A stretch of DNA of 64,000 nt from a virus (taxonomy: Duplodnaviria > Caudoviricetes), in the IMG/VR virus record IMGVR_UViG_3300009161_000021; one strand, given 5' to 3'. The stretch's first letter is position 1. Every line of letters begins with the position of its first letter. A model generated the notes under the pieces. That model had not been told where the DNA came from. It ran no database searches and was given only the letters and a program-made list of their open reading frames with translations. Below, in pieces: positions 8,701-16,366 of this stretch. A program made the translations under genes and the position numbers.

Positions 8701-9163
8701 CGGTGGTCCTCGCTGCATTCGTCGTGGGCTGTCCACGAGGGCGAATGTTGGAGACATCCATTCCGACGCCTCCACGTCTCTTCATGATCTGTACCTGCTC
8801 CTGGTCGGAGAAAAGGATGCCACCGTAAGAGTCATGTGGCTGATCCACAATGAAGCAATTCGAGAGCGATTGGAGCTGATGCGGGTTTCCGATTCCTGAC
8901 ATCGGCGATCCCTGCGGCACGACATCCGCGAAACCCTTGAGGAGCTCGTAGATCTCGTCCTCTCCCATCGGATTCGGATACTTCGCCTCGATTCTGGCGA
9001 ACTCCTTCGCGAGTCGACGGTGCATCTGATCCGGATCGGCCTCGAGGATGTTGTCATCAGCGTCACGAAGGGCGTACTTCATGAAAACATCCGGTGCTAG
9101 CTCATCTCCCTCGAAGTACTCGCTAGCTCGCCTCAAGACCTCTGCCTTACTGTAAGTCATCAT
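5738..9163 (-). CDS. nrdJ: Class II (adenosylcobalamin-dependent) ribonucleotide reductase, intein-containing
   Basis: PQGSPM, SLSNCF, RRGGGVG, GRRGALM, NP/CGE active-site motif split by an intein, GRRTGLG, TTAPVGS, TTSGIEP, VDHSISKTCN; C-terminal TSCPD-like domain and zinc ribbon CPECG...CKSCGHSKC. Confidence 0.93.
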   Translation of the reverse strand: MMTYSKAEVLRRASEYFEGDELAPDVFMKYALRDADDNILEADPDQMHRRLAKEFARIEAKYPNPMGEDEIYELLKGFADVVPQGSPMSGIGNPHQLQSLSNCFIVDQPHDSYGGILFSDQEQVQIMKRRGGVGMDVSNIRPRGQPTTNAARTTDGIGVFMERFSNSCREVAQGGRRGALMLTIDCRHPEIETFIDIKRDLKKVTGANISIRFTDEFMQAVESGSDFTLRWPVEAHPLDAEICKVVNAKQVWDKFVDAAWSSAEPGALFWDTIVNQGIVDCYRDVGYKTISTNPCITGDSLIAVADGRNAISIAQLTQEGRDVTVYSTDIKTGRTVIKMGRNPRLTGEKREVWKLTLDDGSSLRATPDHKILRKDLVYVPLSELKSGDSIVPFNSFDSNGYRQICNTGEKLKGDGFRNRRQYRLIHEFFDGPVDAKTHAIHHLDFDSYNDRIENLSVLLHEDHRELHASKMRGENNPYHRMDDEWKHSFASHPGETNGRFSGFTNEDLISEGQKIYARDGKITKRSWTSHAKSIGAPVHISNEFRFENFSNFKSCVIGNHKVTSVEFVGFEDVYNITVDDNHNYFVITSNSDDKFIESSGICVKNCGEIPLSPYDSCRLMVINLTSFVKGPFGESPTFDFERFNTVVMKAQRLMDDLVDLEIECVDRILEKIEKDPQPQHVKQIEWDLWHKIRAAGRNGRRTGLGITGLGDALAALNVRYGSQLSVEMTAAIYQHLAMGAHKSSCQLAVERGAFPVFDYNKEKDHPYLNRVMNACGTATQDQWRKTGRRNIALTTTAPVGSVSCLTRTTSGIEPAFMLSYKRRRKITQGDLTSRHDYTDPMGDRWQEYTVYHHWFKKWMDVTGKTDPQESPYWGATANDIDWEKSVDIQAAAQQWVDHSISKTCNLPNSATKETVNAVYMKAWKTGCKGFTVYRDGCRTGVLVATDEPKKETKKLEDGRLIPKRPKNLQCDIHRANVRNGDTSESWLVLVGLSDDKPYEVFCGIPENIEIPKKYRTGTLVKNGKRDGVTTYNLQVPVGDDDNLVFKDIINLFDNPTQGAFTRTISLALRHGVPLHYVVEQLQKDKNSHMFSFARVISRVLKGYIKDGTKSTEKGCPECGNPELVYQEGCLSCKSCGHSKCK
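7349..8281 (-). mobile_element. Intein (311 aa) with an HNH-type homing endonuclease, inserted in nrdJ
   Basis: Begins CITGDSLIAV after ...STNP and ends ...DVYNITVDDNHNYFV...ICVKN, followed by the extein Cys (CGEIP). Block B LRATPDHKIL; internal HNH AIHHLDFDSYNDRIENL...HRELH. Visibly more AT-rich than the host gene. Confidence 0.92.
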
Positions 9164-9169
9164 TTCTCC

Positions 9170-10561
9170 TTATTTCCCGCCCGTAACTTCCTGCCACTTC
9201 TTGCGCAGGAGCTTCTTGGCATCATTGTTATCTTGCGTCATGGATTCACTCAGCGTCAAGCTGTTCTCATCAAGAATCTTAATCCTAGATTGCGCGGTGT
9301 CGATGTGAATAGGGAAAAGAACGCCGTCCTTCCCAGCTCGATTCTTTGCCACGAAAAGACGACCTGACCCATCAGCTTTTTCGCTCGGCTTACGGGAGAT
9401 CGAGACGACGACGTCAGCGACCATCGCCTTGCCATACGCCTCGCTCATGTTCTCGAGACCGACGACCTCCGCACCCGACGCCTCACGATTCGCCTGCGAT
9501 GCGGTCCAGATCGGGAGGTTGAGCTCCATCGCCAGGTTTCTGAGCTCCTCGTAAACGAGCTTCAGCTCATGACGAAGGGAGTCGAAGGTCCTGGAGGATC
9601 TCATAATGTCGGCGTAGTCGATGACAATGAGACTTGGGACGAACCCCTTCAGGCTCAGCTTCTCGATGTGATTCCTGATCATCTGCACCGTTGCGGTACC
9701 TGTCGGGTACTCCTTGATGATGAGACGACCGAGGTCCATGTTCTTGTATGTGTTGAGAACGTCGTCCTTCATGTCGGGAACCTCGTTCGAGGGAATTCCG
9801 CAGAGGTTCGAGTCGTAACGAAGGCCGACAGCTGTCTCCGTGAGCTCGAACGTGTAATGAACGACGTTCTTACCCATCTTGAGAGCGTGAGCTCCCATCG
9901 CCGTGAGCCAGTGCGACTTGCCGACACCCGTCGGTGCCACAACGACTCCGAGCTCGCCGCGACCGAGACCACCACGGAAGATCTCCTTGCTGTCAAGGAC
10001 GTTGAGACCCGTCGGGCACGGGTTGCGGTTGATCTTCACGAAGCGCGCCTCAGCATCCTCGAAGAAATCGTGACCCGTGGTGTTCGCCATGCCGACGGAG
10101 ACGGCTTTCTTCATCAGGTCCACGACCGATTCGAACTTATCCGTCGCGACCATCTCGACTGCCTTCTCGAGCGCCTCACGGAAAGCCTGTCGCTTGCAGA
10201 AATCGAGCGACTTCTCCTTCGTGTAGCCGAGGTCACCAGGGTCAGGGTTCGCCCGCATCCGGTGCAGGAAGTCGATGATCTGGTCCTTGAGGATCGCATC
10301 AGGACCCTGCTGCAGGTCCTCCTTGATGATCGACACCAGGAGCTGCATCGTCGGGAAGCACTTGAACTTCTCGAAATGCTTGAAGTAGCGGTCCGTCAGA
10401 AACGCGAGGTACTTCAAGTCGAAGTAATCGGGCTTCATCACCTCGACCATCTGGGCTGCCCAGGCGTGGTCTGTCAGTAGACTTTGGAAGATTTTTTCCT
10501 GGAACTGCTTCCCATATTGGCGAAACAGGGCCTCACCGGCGTTAATCTCGTTTGAGAGCAT
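9170..10561 (-). CDS. DnaB-like replicative helicase (T4 gp41-like)
   Basis: Walker A VVAPTGVGKS, HYTFEL, IIKEYPTG, Walker B IVIDYADI, WTASQANR, VAKNRAG. Confidence 0.92.
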   Translation of the reverse strand: MLSNEINAGEALFRQYGKQFQEKIFQSLLTDHAWAAQMVEVMKPDYFDLKYLAFLTDRYFKHFEKFKCFPTMQLLVSIIKEDLQQGPDAILKDQIIDFLHRMRANPDPGDLGYTKEKSLDFCKRQAFREALEKAVEMVATDKFESVVDLMKKAVSVGMANTTGHDFFEDAEARFVKINRNPCPTGLNVLDSKEIFRGGLGRGELGVVVAPTGVGKSHWLTAMGAHALKMGKNVVHYTFELTETAVGLRYDSNLCGIPSNEVPDMKDDVLNTYKNMDLGRLIIKEYPTGTATVQMIRNHIEKLSLKGFVPSLIVIDYADIMRSSRTFDSLRHELKLVYEELRNLAMELNLPIWTASQANREASGAEVVGLENMSEAYGKAMVADVVVSISRKPSEKADGSGRLFVAKNRAGKDGVLFPIHIDTAQSRIKILDENSLTLSESMTQDNNDAKKLLRKKWQEVTGGK

Positions 10562-10569
10562 GAGTGTCC

Positions 10570-11532
10570 TTAAGTATGAAGAAGATGACTTGTCAGTTGA
10601 AAGAAAGCGCGCTCTCGATCGAAATTGTTGATTCCGGACCTGACGAGCAGCCTGAGATACTCCATCTTATTGGCTTCTGGCTTGAATGATTCGAGTCCGG
10701 AATCGATTTTCCCGACTTGATTTCCAGACAGCGAGGAGACGTCAAGATTCATCAGCTGCCAGTTTAGACGTGCTTCGGCAGCTCCGTCAACTATGCTCTG
10801 AAACAACTGTGGGGCCTTCGGAGCCACCTTCGCAGCTGCAAGGCTGACAATATCATCCGGGCTGAGCAGGGCCTCTCCCGCGACTTCTGGGAACCTCTTG
10901 GCCATAGTTTTCCAGCCCGCGCCGTCGATTCCCGGGATCCCGTCGGAAGCGTCACCGACGAAGCAACGAGTAGACACGAAATTCTTCGCCGTGCACCCGA
11001 AACGGGTCAGGACGTCGGGCTCGTTGACGAAAGACTTCGAGGTTGGGCTCCAGATCCTGACACGATCGTCCAGAAGCTGGTAGTAATCCTTGTCCGATGA
11101 CATAATGACGCACGGATCGTCCTTCAGGCGGTAGCGGGCGACGTATGCGATGACATCGTCAGCCTCGCAGTCGGTGACATAGCTCTGCTGCACCGGTAGG
11201 AGCTTCAGAATCTGAACGAGGGTCGCAACCTGCCAGTTGCGGTTTCCTACAGTGTCAGGGATATCACCCTCGTAGTACCTGTTGAGCTTCTGGGGCTTTC
11301 GCTTCGTCTTGTACTCAGCGAAGAGAGCACGTCGTCTGGGAGAACCGCCTCCCTCCCAGACGACAATCACTCGCCTTGGGCTCAGAAACTCACATTTCTG
11401 CCCTAGCTCGTTAAGGAAGCCCACGATCCCGCCGACGGCCTGTCCATTCGCGCCCAGGGTTGGATTTGCACAGAAATGGCGTAACCAAACATTCATTCCG
11501 TCCACGAGAAGCGTGGGTCTTCCACCGAGCAT
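10570..11532 (-). CDS. 5'-3' exonuclease / flap endonuclease (PolA N-terminal / T4 RNase H-like)
   Basis: LLVDGMN, VVWEGG, EYKTKRK, CEADDVIAY, MSSDKDYYQL, GDASDGIPGIDGAGWKT. Confidence 0.9.
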   Translation of the reverse strand: MLGGRPTLLVDGMNVWLRHFCANPTLGANGQAVGGIVGFLNELGQKCEFLSPRRVIVVWEGGGSPRRRALFAEYKTKRKPQKLNRYYEGDIPDTVGNRNWQVATLVQILKLLPVQQSYVTDCEADDVIAYVARYRLKDDPCVIMSSDKDYYQLLDDRVRIWSPTSKSFVNEPDVLTRFGCTAKNFVSTRCFVGDASDGIPGIDGAGWKTMAKRFPEVAGEALLSPDDIVSLAAAKVAPKAPQLFQSIVDGAAEARLNWQLMNLDVSSLSGNQVGKIDSGLESFKPEANKMEYLRLLVRSGINNFDRERAFFQLTSHLLHT

Positions 11533-12729
11533 TTAGGCCTCCGGGTCGATGTCGCCGGTCATCTGGTCACGAAGAGCTCGCATCTCCTCGTAGGACTCAG
11601 GATCGATGTCAAGATCGGCCGTGTTCACCGCGGTTCGGATGAGAGCTCTCTCGAGAAGACCATCAATCCACGGCTTGTACTGCGGATCCTTCCACATCTG
11701 ACCGAAATCGGTCTTGTGGAACTTCTTCTCCACGATATTCTCGTTCTTCTCATTCGTGACTCGCATCGTCTTCCACGCTGCGGTGCCCTCGATGCTCACC
11801 TCATGATCGTTCACCATGTCCGGACCGTGCTCGCGGAGGACGTCGAACACCTCCTCATGCTCCTCAATGCCCTGACCGAAGATGATCCGGAAGTGCACCT
11901 TGCGGAAGGGAGGCGCGACCTTGTTCTTGATCGTCTTCGCCCAGACGTTGATGCCGATCGCCTCGCCCTGCTTGTTCTCGATCGGCGCGCCGGCACCGAG
12001 CTTGAGACGGACCGAGGCATGGAACGGGATCGCCATGCCGCCGGGGGTCGTCGTGGGATCACCGTGCATGACGCCGATCTTTGTGCGGATCTGATTGAGG
12101 ATGACGAAGAGGACGTTCTGGTCACCGATGACACCGGTGATCTTTCGCATGCCCTTCGAGATCGCACGGGCCTGGAGACCAATGGTATCCTTGTCGTAGG
12201 CACCCTCGAGCTCAGCCTTGGGTGAGCTTGCGGCGACTGAGTCCCAGATGATGGTGATCGGGACGTCCTTTGCCATCGCCTTTGCCTTCAGGATCGTCTT
12301 CTCGGCGATGTCGAGAACCTCCTCGGTGCAGTGTGTGTCGACGTAGACAAATCGCTTCGAGACATCAACGCCGAGAGCCGCCAAGTTCTCGACCGAGGTA
12401 CCATTCTCGGTATCGATGTAGACTACGATGCCACCCATGCCCTGGGTGGATCGAGCGATCTGCGTTGCAATATGCGACTTTCCGATCGACGGAGGACCGA
12501 AGATCTCGACGATACGTCCCTCCGGGAGCCCACCGCTGGGCCTGTTCGCGATGATAAGGTCGAGCTGCTTGCAACCGCTCGAGATCCAACGCTTCACATG
12601 CGTCGGGGATGCATCGACCGCGAGGTTGTACGCGATTCGTGACCCATGGTCCTTGTTTAGGGATGAGATGAGCTCGCTGGTGAAATCATCAGCAGCGGTC
12701 TTCGCTGCTGCAGTATCCTTCTTTGCCAT
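11533..12729 (-). CDS. recA: RecA/UvsX recombinase
   Basis: GRIVEIFGPPSIGKS, YIDTEN, IIWDSVAA, LQARAISKGMRK, NQIRTKIG, TTPGGMAIPFHASVRL, KTIKNKVAPPFR. Confidence 0.95.
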   Translation of the reverse strand: MAKKDTAAAKTAADDFTSELISSLNKDHGSRIAYNLAVDASPTHVKRWISSGCKQLDLIIANRPSGGLPEGRIVEIFGPPSIGKSHIATQIARSTQGMGGIVVYIDTENGTSVENLAALGVDVSKRFVYVDTHCTEEVLDIAEKTILKAKAMAKDVPITIIWDSVAASSPKAELEGAYDKDTIGLQARAISKGMRKITGVIGDQNVLFVILNQIRTKIGVMHGDPTTTPGGMAIPFHASVRLKLGAGAPIENKQGEAIGINVWAKTIKNKVAPPFRKVHFRIIFGQGIEEHEEVFDVLREHGPDMVNDHEVSIEGTAAWKTMRVTNEKNENIVEKKFHKTDFGQMWKDPQYKPWIDGLLERALIRTAVNTADLDIDPESYEEMRALRDQMTGDIDPEA

Positions 12730-12767
12730 TTTTACTCCTTCGTTATTCTAAATCGAGACGATAGAAA

Positions 12768-12805
12768 GTGCAAAGGGCAGGGAAGCTTATTCAACTCCCC
12801 TGCCC
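12768..12805 (-). terminator. Probable intrinsic terminator after the SSB gene
   Basis: Inverted repeat GGGCAGGG (12775-82) / CCCTGCCC (12798-805), followed on the minus strand by TTTGCACTTT. Confidence 0.5.
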
Positions 12806-12826
12806 CCGCATCACCCAGCTAAGGGA

Positions 12827-13669
12827 TCAGAACCCGCTGTCCTCGAGATCGGCGAATGCATCATCGAGATCGCGTGCTGCGGCCTTCGGACCACCGCTCG
12901 AACGCTTCACGGGCTTCACATCGTCCTCATCGTCATCGAAAGAGGCGAGCTTATCGGGCTTCGGATCGGCCTTGGGCGCCGGACCGCCGCGGGTGGTGCC
13001 AGTATCGCTCGGGCTGCCACCGTTGATCCAATCATTCACGATCTTCTCGATCTCCTCATACGGCTTGAGGTTCGCAGCCTCGTCAACCTCGGGGATCGAC
13101 TCGATCCACTTCTTCGCCTGGGCGGAGTCACGGCTGAGGGGCTCAACCTTCGCGCGGGGTGAGATCTTCGTGTCGGCAAACTGCTTGCCGGGAAGCTTCG
13201 AGACCGAGACACGGATGTCGCGGCCCTCGAGCGGATCGGTAACATCGCCGTAGTCCTCATCGAGCATGAGGTTCAGGATGTCCTGGTAAACCATCTTACC
13301 GAAGGACCAGATTCGAACGCCCTTGTCCTCCTCACCACGAACGATGACAGGAGCGAAAGTGCGCATCTTCGGAGCAACCTTCTTCGCGAGCTCACGGCTC
13401 GTGTCGCTGCCCTCATCGTAGAGCTTACCACGAAGCTCCTTGATGGGATCGGCCTTGCCGAACTGGAAGGGCGCGAGGATACCTGGGCTGTTGCCAACGC
13501 CGTAGTAGTACCAGCGATCCTTGAAGGGCTGACCGTCGTTGTTCTGGAATGCCAGGAGTCGTACCGTGTACTCCTTGCCCTCCTCGGGCTTCCACTGCTG
13601 GTCACGCTTGTTGTTCTTACCGGAGAGTTCGCCGAGCTTGCGGCGGATTGCGTCGAGATCGATTGCCAT
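12827..13669 (-). CDS. Single-stranded DNA-binding protein (T4 gp32-like)
   Basis: QWKPEEGKEYTVRLL, aromatic-rich core (WYYYGVG, RIWSFGKMVY, DPLEGRDI) and acidic C-terminal tail (DDDEDD...DLDDAFADLEDSGF); next to recA. Confidence 0.85.
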   Translation of the reverse strand: MAIDLDAIRRKLGELSGKNNKRDQQWKPEEGKEYTVRLLAFQNNDGQPFKDRWYYYGVGNSPGILAPFQFGKADPIKELRGKLYDEGSDTSRELAKKVAPKMRTFAPVIVRGEEDKGVRIWSFGKMVYQDILNLMLDEDYGDVTDPLEGRDIRVSVSKLPGKQFADTKISPRAKVEPLSRDSAQAKKWIESIPEVDEAANLKPYEEIEKIVNDWINGGSPSDTGTTRGGPAPKADPKPDKLASFDDDEDDVKPVKRSSGGPKAAARDLDDAFADLEDSGF

Positions 13670-13800
13670 GATGTTTTAGTTTTTCCTTGATTGATTGTTG
13701 TTGATAGACGGAGAGTTTCGGCTTTCGCTTCCCCTCTCCGGGGTTTACCCGATGTCCCGCCTTTCGGGCCAGAACATAGGGAGATTGTAATTTATGGGTT
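13670..13800 (-). promoter_or_regulatory. Structured 5' leader of the SSB gene (three stem-loops, then an unstructured A/C-rich tract)
   Basis: Minus strand: ATGTTCTG..CC GAAA GG..CGGGACAT; GGG TAAA CCC; CGGAGAG..GC GAAA GC..CTCTCCG; then TCAACAACAATCAATCAAGGAAAAACTAAAACATC-ATG. Confidence 0.55.
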
Positions 13801-13808
13801 GAGTTTTT

Positions 13809-14102
13809 TCAGCGGTTCTTTCTTTTCTTTCGCTTACCAAGACCACCGAACGATCGACGGGCGACGTTGACAACATCGCGACGTGGACCAGGCGGACGCA
13901 TGCCGAGCGGCATCGTATAACCAGCGATCGCACCGGCACCTGAGAACTCATCGAGCTCGTCCTCATCTTTCTCGCCCTCGTACATGCCACACTCATGGAC
14001 TTCACCAGCCTCATACATCGATCCGCACTCGGAACACTGACGCATTCCATCAAGCGCTTCCATAATCATGAGTCGAAGGTTTTTTCTGTCCAGCGTCTTC
14101 AT
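13809..14102 (-). CDS. Small hypothetical protein with the shared N-terminal helix motif, CSECG...HECG cysteines and a basic C-terminus
   Basis: 97 aa; ATAATTA motif 5 nt upstream of the ATG; N-terminus MKTLDRKNLRLMIMEALDG. Confidence 0.7.
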   Translation of the reverse strand: MKTLDRKNLRLMIMEALDGMRQCSECGSMYEAGEVHECGMYEGEKDEDELDEFSGAGAIAGYTMPLGMRPPGPRRDVVNVARRSFGGLGKRKKRKNR

Positions 14103-14110
14103 GCTTTTAA

Positions 14111-14695
14111 TTATTCGCTTCCAACCTTTCTGACGAGAATATCACGTGCGGAGCGAAGGAGAATTGTGAGCGTTGGCTCGGCGGTCGGAGCCAGACGACT
14201 TTCGACCCAATCAGGCGGACGGCTCGGACCACGGATCGCCATGAACTCCTCCTCGGTGAGATGGACGCCGTAATGCTGCAGGAGATAGAGCGAGCGCTCC
14301 GGAATCGTCATTCGTGACATGCCCTCGTTGGGCTTGTAGAAAGCGCCGAGCTTCTCGCGACGCCAGCTCTCCTCCTCCGGAACGAAGTACGATTCCTTGA
14401 GGTTGCCGACCTTGCCGAGCTCGTGGAGGAGACCGACAAGAAGGATGGACTCCGTCGAAGCTCCCATACCGAAACCATCATTGAGCTTCTTCATGCCCTT
14501 TGCGACAGTGATCGCCTGCTGGATGAGACCACCCGGCTCGCAGCCGGGACTGTCATTTCGAGGTTCAGCGGGACACATGAGGAGTCTCTCACCGAGATCT
14601 TCCATCATCCGAGTGAGACCGTCACCGCGATCGATCTTGTCAACGAGTTTGGTGTAGCTTGTCCAGAGGTCGGTAAGTTCGCGTTCGTTCATCAT
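14111..14695 (-). CDS. HD-domain-like protein with degenerate metal-binding residues
   Basis: GGLIQQAITVAK and LLHELGKVG correspond to the HD consensus GGLxxH..V and LLHDLGKxG; also SLYLLQHYGVHLTEEEFMAI. Confidence 0.7.
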   Translation of the reverse strand: MMNERELTDLWTSYTKLVDKIDRGDGLTRMMEDLGERLLMCPAEPRNDSPGCEPGGLIQQAITVAKGMKKLNDGFGMGASTESILLVGLLHELGKVGNLKESYFVPEEESWRREKLGAFYKPNEGMSRMTIPERSLYLLQHYGVHLTEEEFMAIRGPSRPPDWVESRLAPTAEPTLTILLRSARDILVRKVGSE

Positions 14696-14718
14696 GCCTT
14701 ATTATTGGCGGATGACGT

Positions 14719-15159
14719 TCATTTTGCAAACCCTTCCCAACTAATAACGACACCTGTTCCTGAGCTTGTCACGTTCGTCTTGAGACCGCTGGGGATCGCG
14801 ATCCAGCCCAGCTTGTCAGCGGCAGCGAGCGTGGCACGGATGAATCTGATCATGACAGCCTGGCCAGAACCAAAGCGGTACAGATCAGCCGCAGCTTCAA
14901 CGATGACCTGTCCCTGGCTCTCACGCTTGCTGATTCCAGTGTAGAGACCGTTGAGGACGCTTGATCTTATCGCGAGCTCAAGGATATTGTATATGTCCTG
15001 AAGTCCGTCCTCACCCTTACCCCTGAATCTCGAAAGACCCAAGCCTTTGAGCAATCCGTCGGGGTCACGATCAGCACGACCGAGTCCGCTTCCCGCCCAT
15101 CGTGGTGGGTTGTCTCCGAAGCTCCGGTACTTCGATTTCAGGTTATCACGAATGCTCAT
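14719..15159 (-). CDS. Hypothetical protein
   Basis: 146-aa ORF with a GGAG SD; its start overlaps the stop of the upstream polymerase ORF (ATGA). Confidence 0.65.
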   Translation of the reverse strand: MSIRDNLKSKYRSFGDNPPRWAGSGLGRADRDPDGLLKGLGLSRFRGKGEDGLQDIYNILELAIRSSVLNGLYTGISKRESQGQVIVEAAADLYRFGSGQAVMIRFIRATLAAADKLGWIAIPSGLKTNVTSSGTGVVISWEGFAK

Positions 15160-16352
15160 GCAGTCTCCTGTGATACATAGGCCGGTGAAAGGGAAACTTC
15201 GAAGTGTCCCAAGCCCTCGACATCTATTCCTTCGTCAGAAATTGCCATCAGCTGCTCCATCGAGCCCGGATGAACATCAACAAGAAGCGCGTCATGCAGG
15301 ACGTAGCAGGGAACGACATCGAGATCCAGTGCCTTGACACGTTCCAAGACGTCACCGAATCCTCCGAGCGCGACGTCAACAGCTGTGGATTGCGTGAAGT
15401 GTGAAACGAGAAGATGCTGGTCACGAGCTTCCGGGAGCGGCCGGCCCCAGTGACTCTTGATCATACCACTTCGTCCCAGATCTGATGCGAGACGTGCCCG
15501 AAGGGTTGAAAGTCCGAAGTAATCCTCAATCTGCTTCACCATGCTGGAGCTAAGATTTCCGACTTCCTCGGCTACACCAGCCCGTGAAGATCCGTAAAGC
15601 ATCTTCAGCGTGGCAAGCTTCACCTGCCTGCGATTCGCGGCCCCCCCGAGACGTTCTGAGACGTCGGAATAGATGTCGATGGGTGCAACACCAGCTCGAA
15701 GCAAGCGAAGGACTCGGGGCTCGAGAGACACAAAGTCGATCTGCATCATCTGACCGCCGTCAAACCTGCTCGACAGAATCCGACGATGATCCTTCTGCAA
15801 CGTGAGGATCCTCGGGCCCTCCTTCACCGTGAGTCGACCCGTTGCGGTCGCATGGGAGTAGACCGGTGGTTGAACCATGAAATCAGGTCCTGGTTCGAAG
15901 GAATCAAGAATGTGAGAGGACGATCCTGTCTGGCAGATCCGAAGCGCTGCGAGATCGATCCTACAGGGTCGAAGGGCCTCGAGCACGCGGCGTGAGCGAG
16001 CCATGACATCTGCGTAGCCCTCGAGACGTTCCAGAGCTTCCTCGAGGATGCTGCTGACACGTTCAGCGTGATCCCGGAGCGCACCGATCGGAATGACAAG
16101 GGGCCACGGAACTTGGCCACGCGCGAGGCCATCCATCGATCTCTCATACTCCGGAGGGATCGGTGCGGGTGATTCTATCCCGAGAGTCTCGAAGAGAGCG
16201 ATAACAGACATCGATGCCTGAGGGTCGCCTAACATCCAGGATCCTTGAGTCTCCGACTCCCAACGGGATGAACCACCTTCGAAGACAAGGTTCTTGGGTG
16301 AGTTAAGGGCGTATCTCGAGATTGATAGCATGAGCAACCCTAACGAGACCAC
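15156..16352 (-). CDS. Minimal family A DNA polymerase (polymerase domain only)
   Basis: TATGRL, motif A MQIDFVSLEPRVL, motif B RRQVKLATLKMLYG, motif C YVLHDALLVDV; only ~390 aa. Confidence 0.8.
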   Translation of the reverse strand: MVSLGLLMLSISRYALNSPKNLVFEGGSSRWESETQGSWMLGDPQASMSVIALFETLGIESPAPIPPEYERSMDGLARGQVPWPLVIPIGALRDHAERVSSILEEALERLEGYADVMARSRRVLEALRPCRIDLAALRICQTGSSSHILDSFEPGPDFMVQPPVYSHATATGRLTVKEGPRILTLQKDHRRILSSRFDGGQMMQIDFVSLEPRVLRLLRAGVAPIDIYSDVSERLGGAANRRQVKLATLKMLYGSSRAGVAEEVGNLSSSMVKQIEDYFGLSTLRARLASDLGRSGMIKSHWGRPLPEARDQHLLVSHFTQSTAVDVALGGFGDVLERVKALDLDVVPCYVLHDALLVDVHPGSMEQLMAISDEGIDVEGLGHFEVSLSPAYVSQETA

Positions 16353-16366
16353 CCTACTTTTTCACA

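Noticed and set aside
9569-10480. 303-aa plus-strand ORF (and many similar plus-strand ORFs, e.g. 4157..4774, 28585..29184)
   Set aside because: Antisense shadows of well-supported minus-strand genes, caused by codon bias; no recognisable motifs.
13700-13740. Hammerhead ribozyme suggested by CGAAAC in the SSB leader
   Set aside because: The required CUGANGA core is absent.
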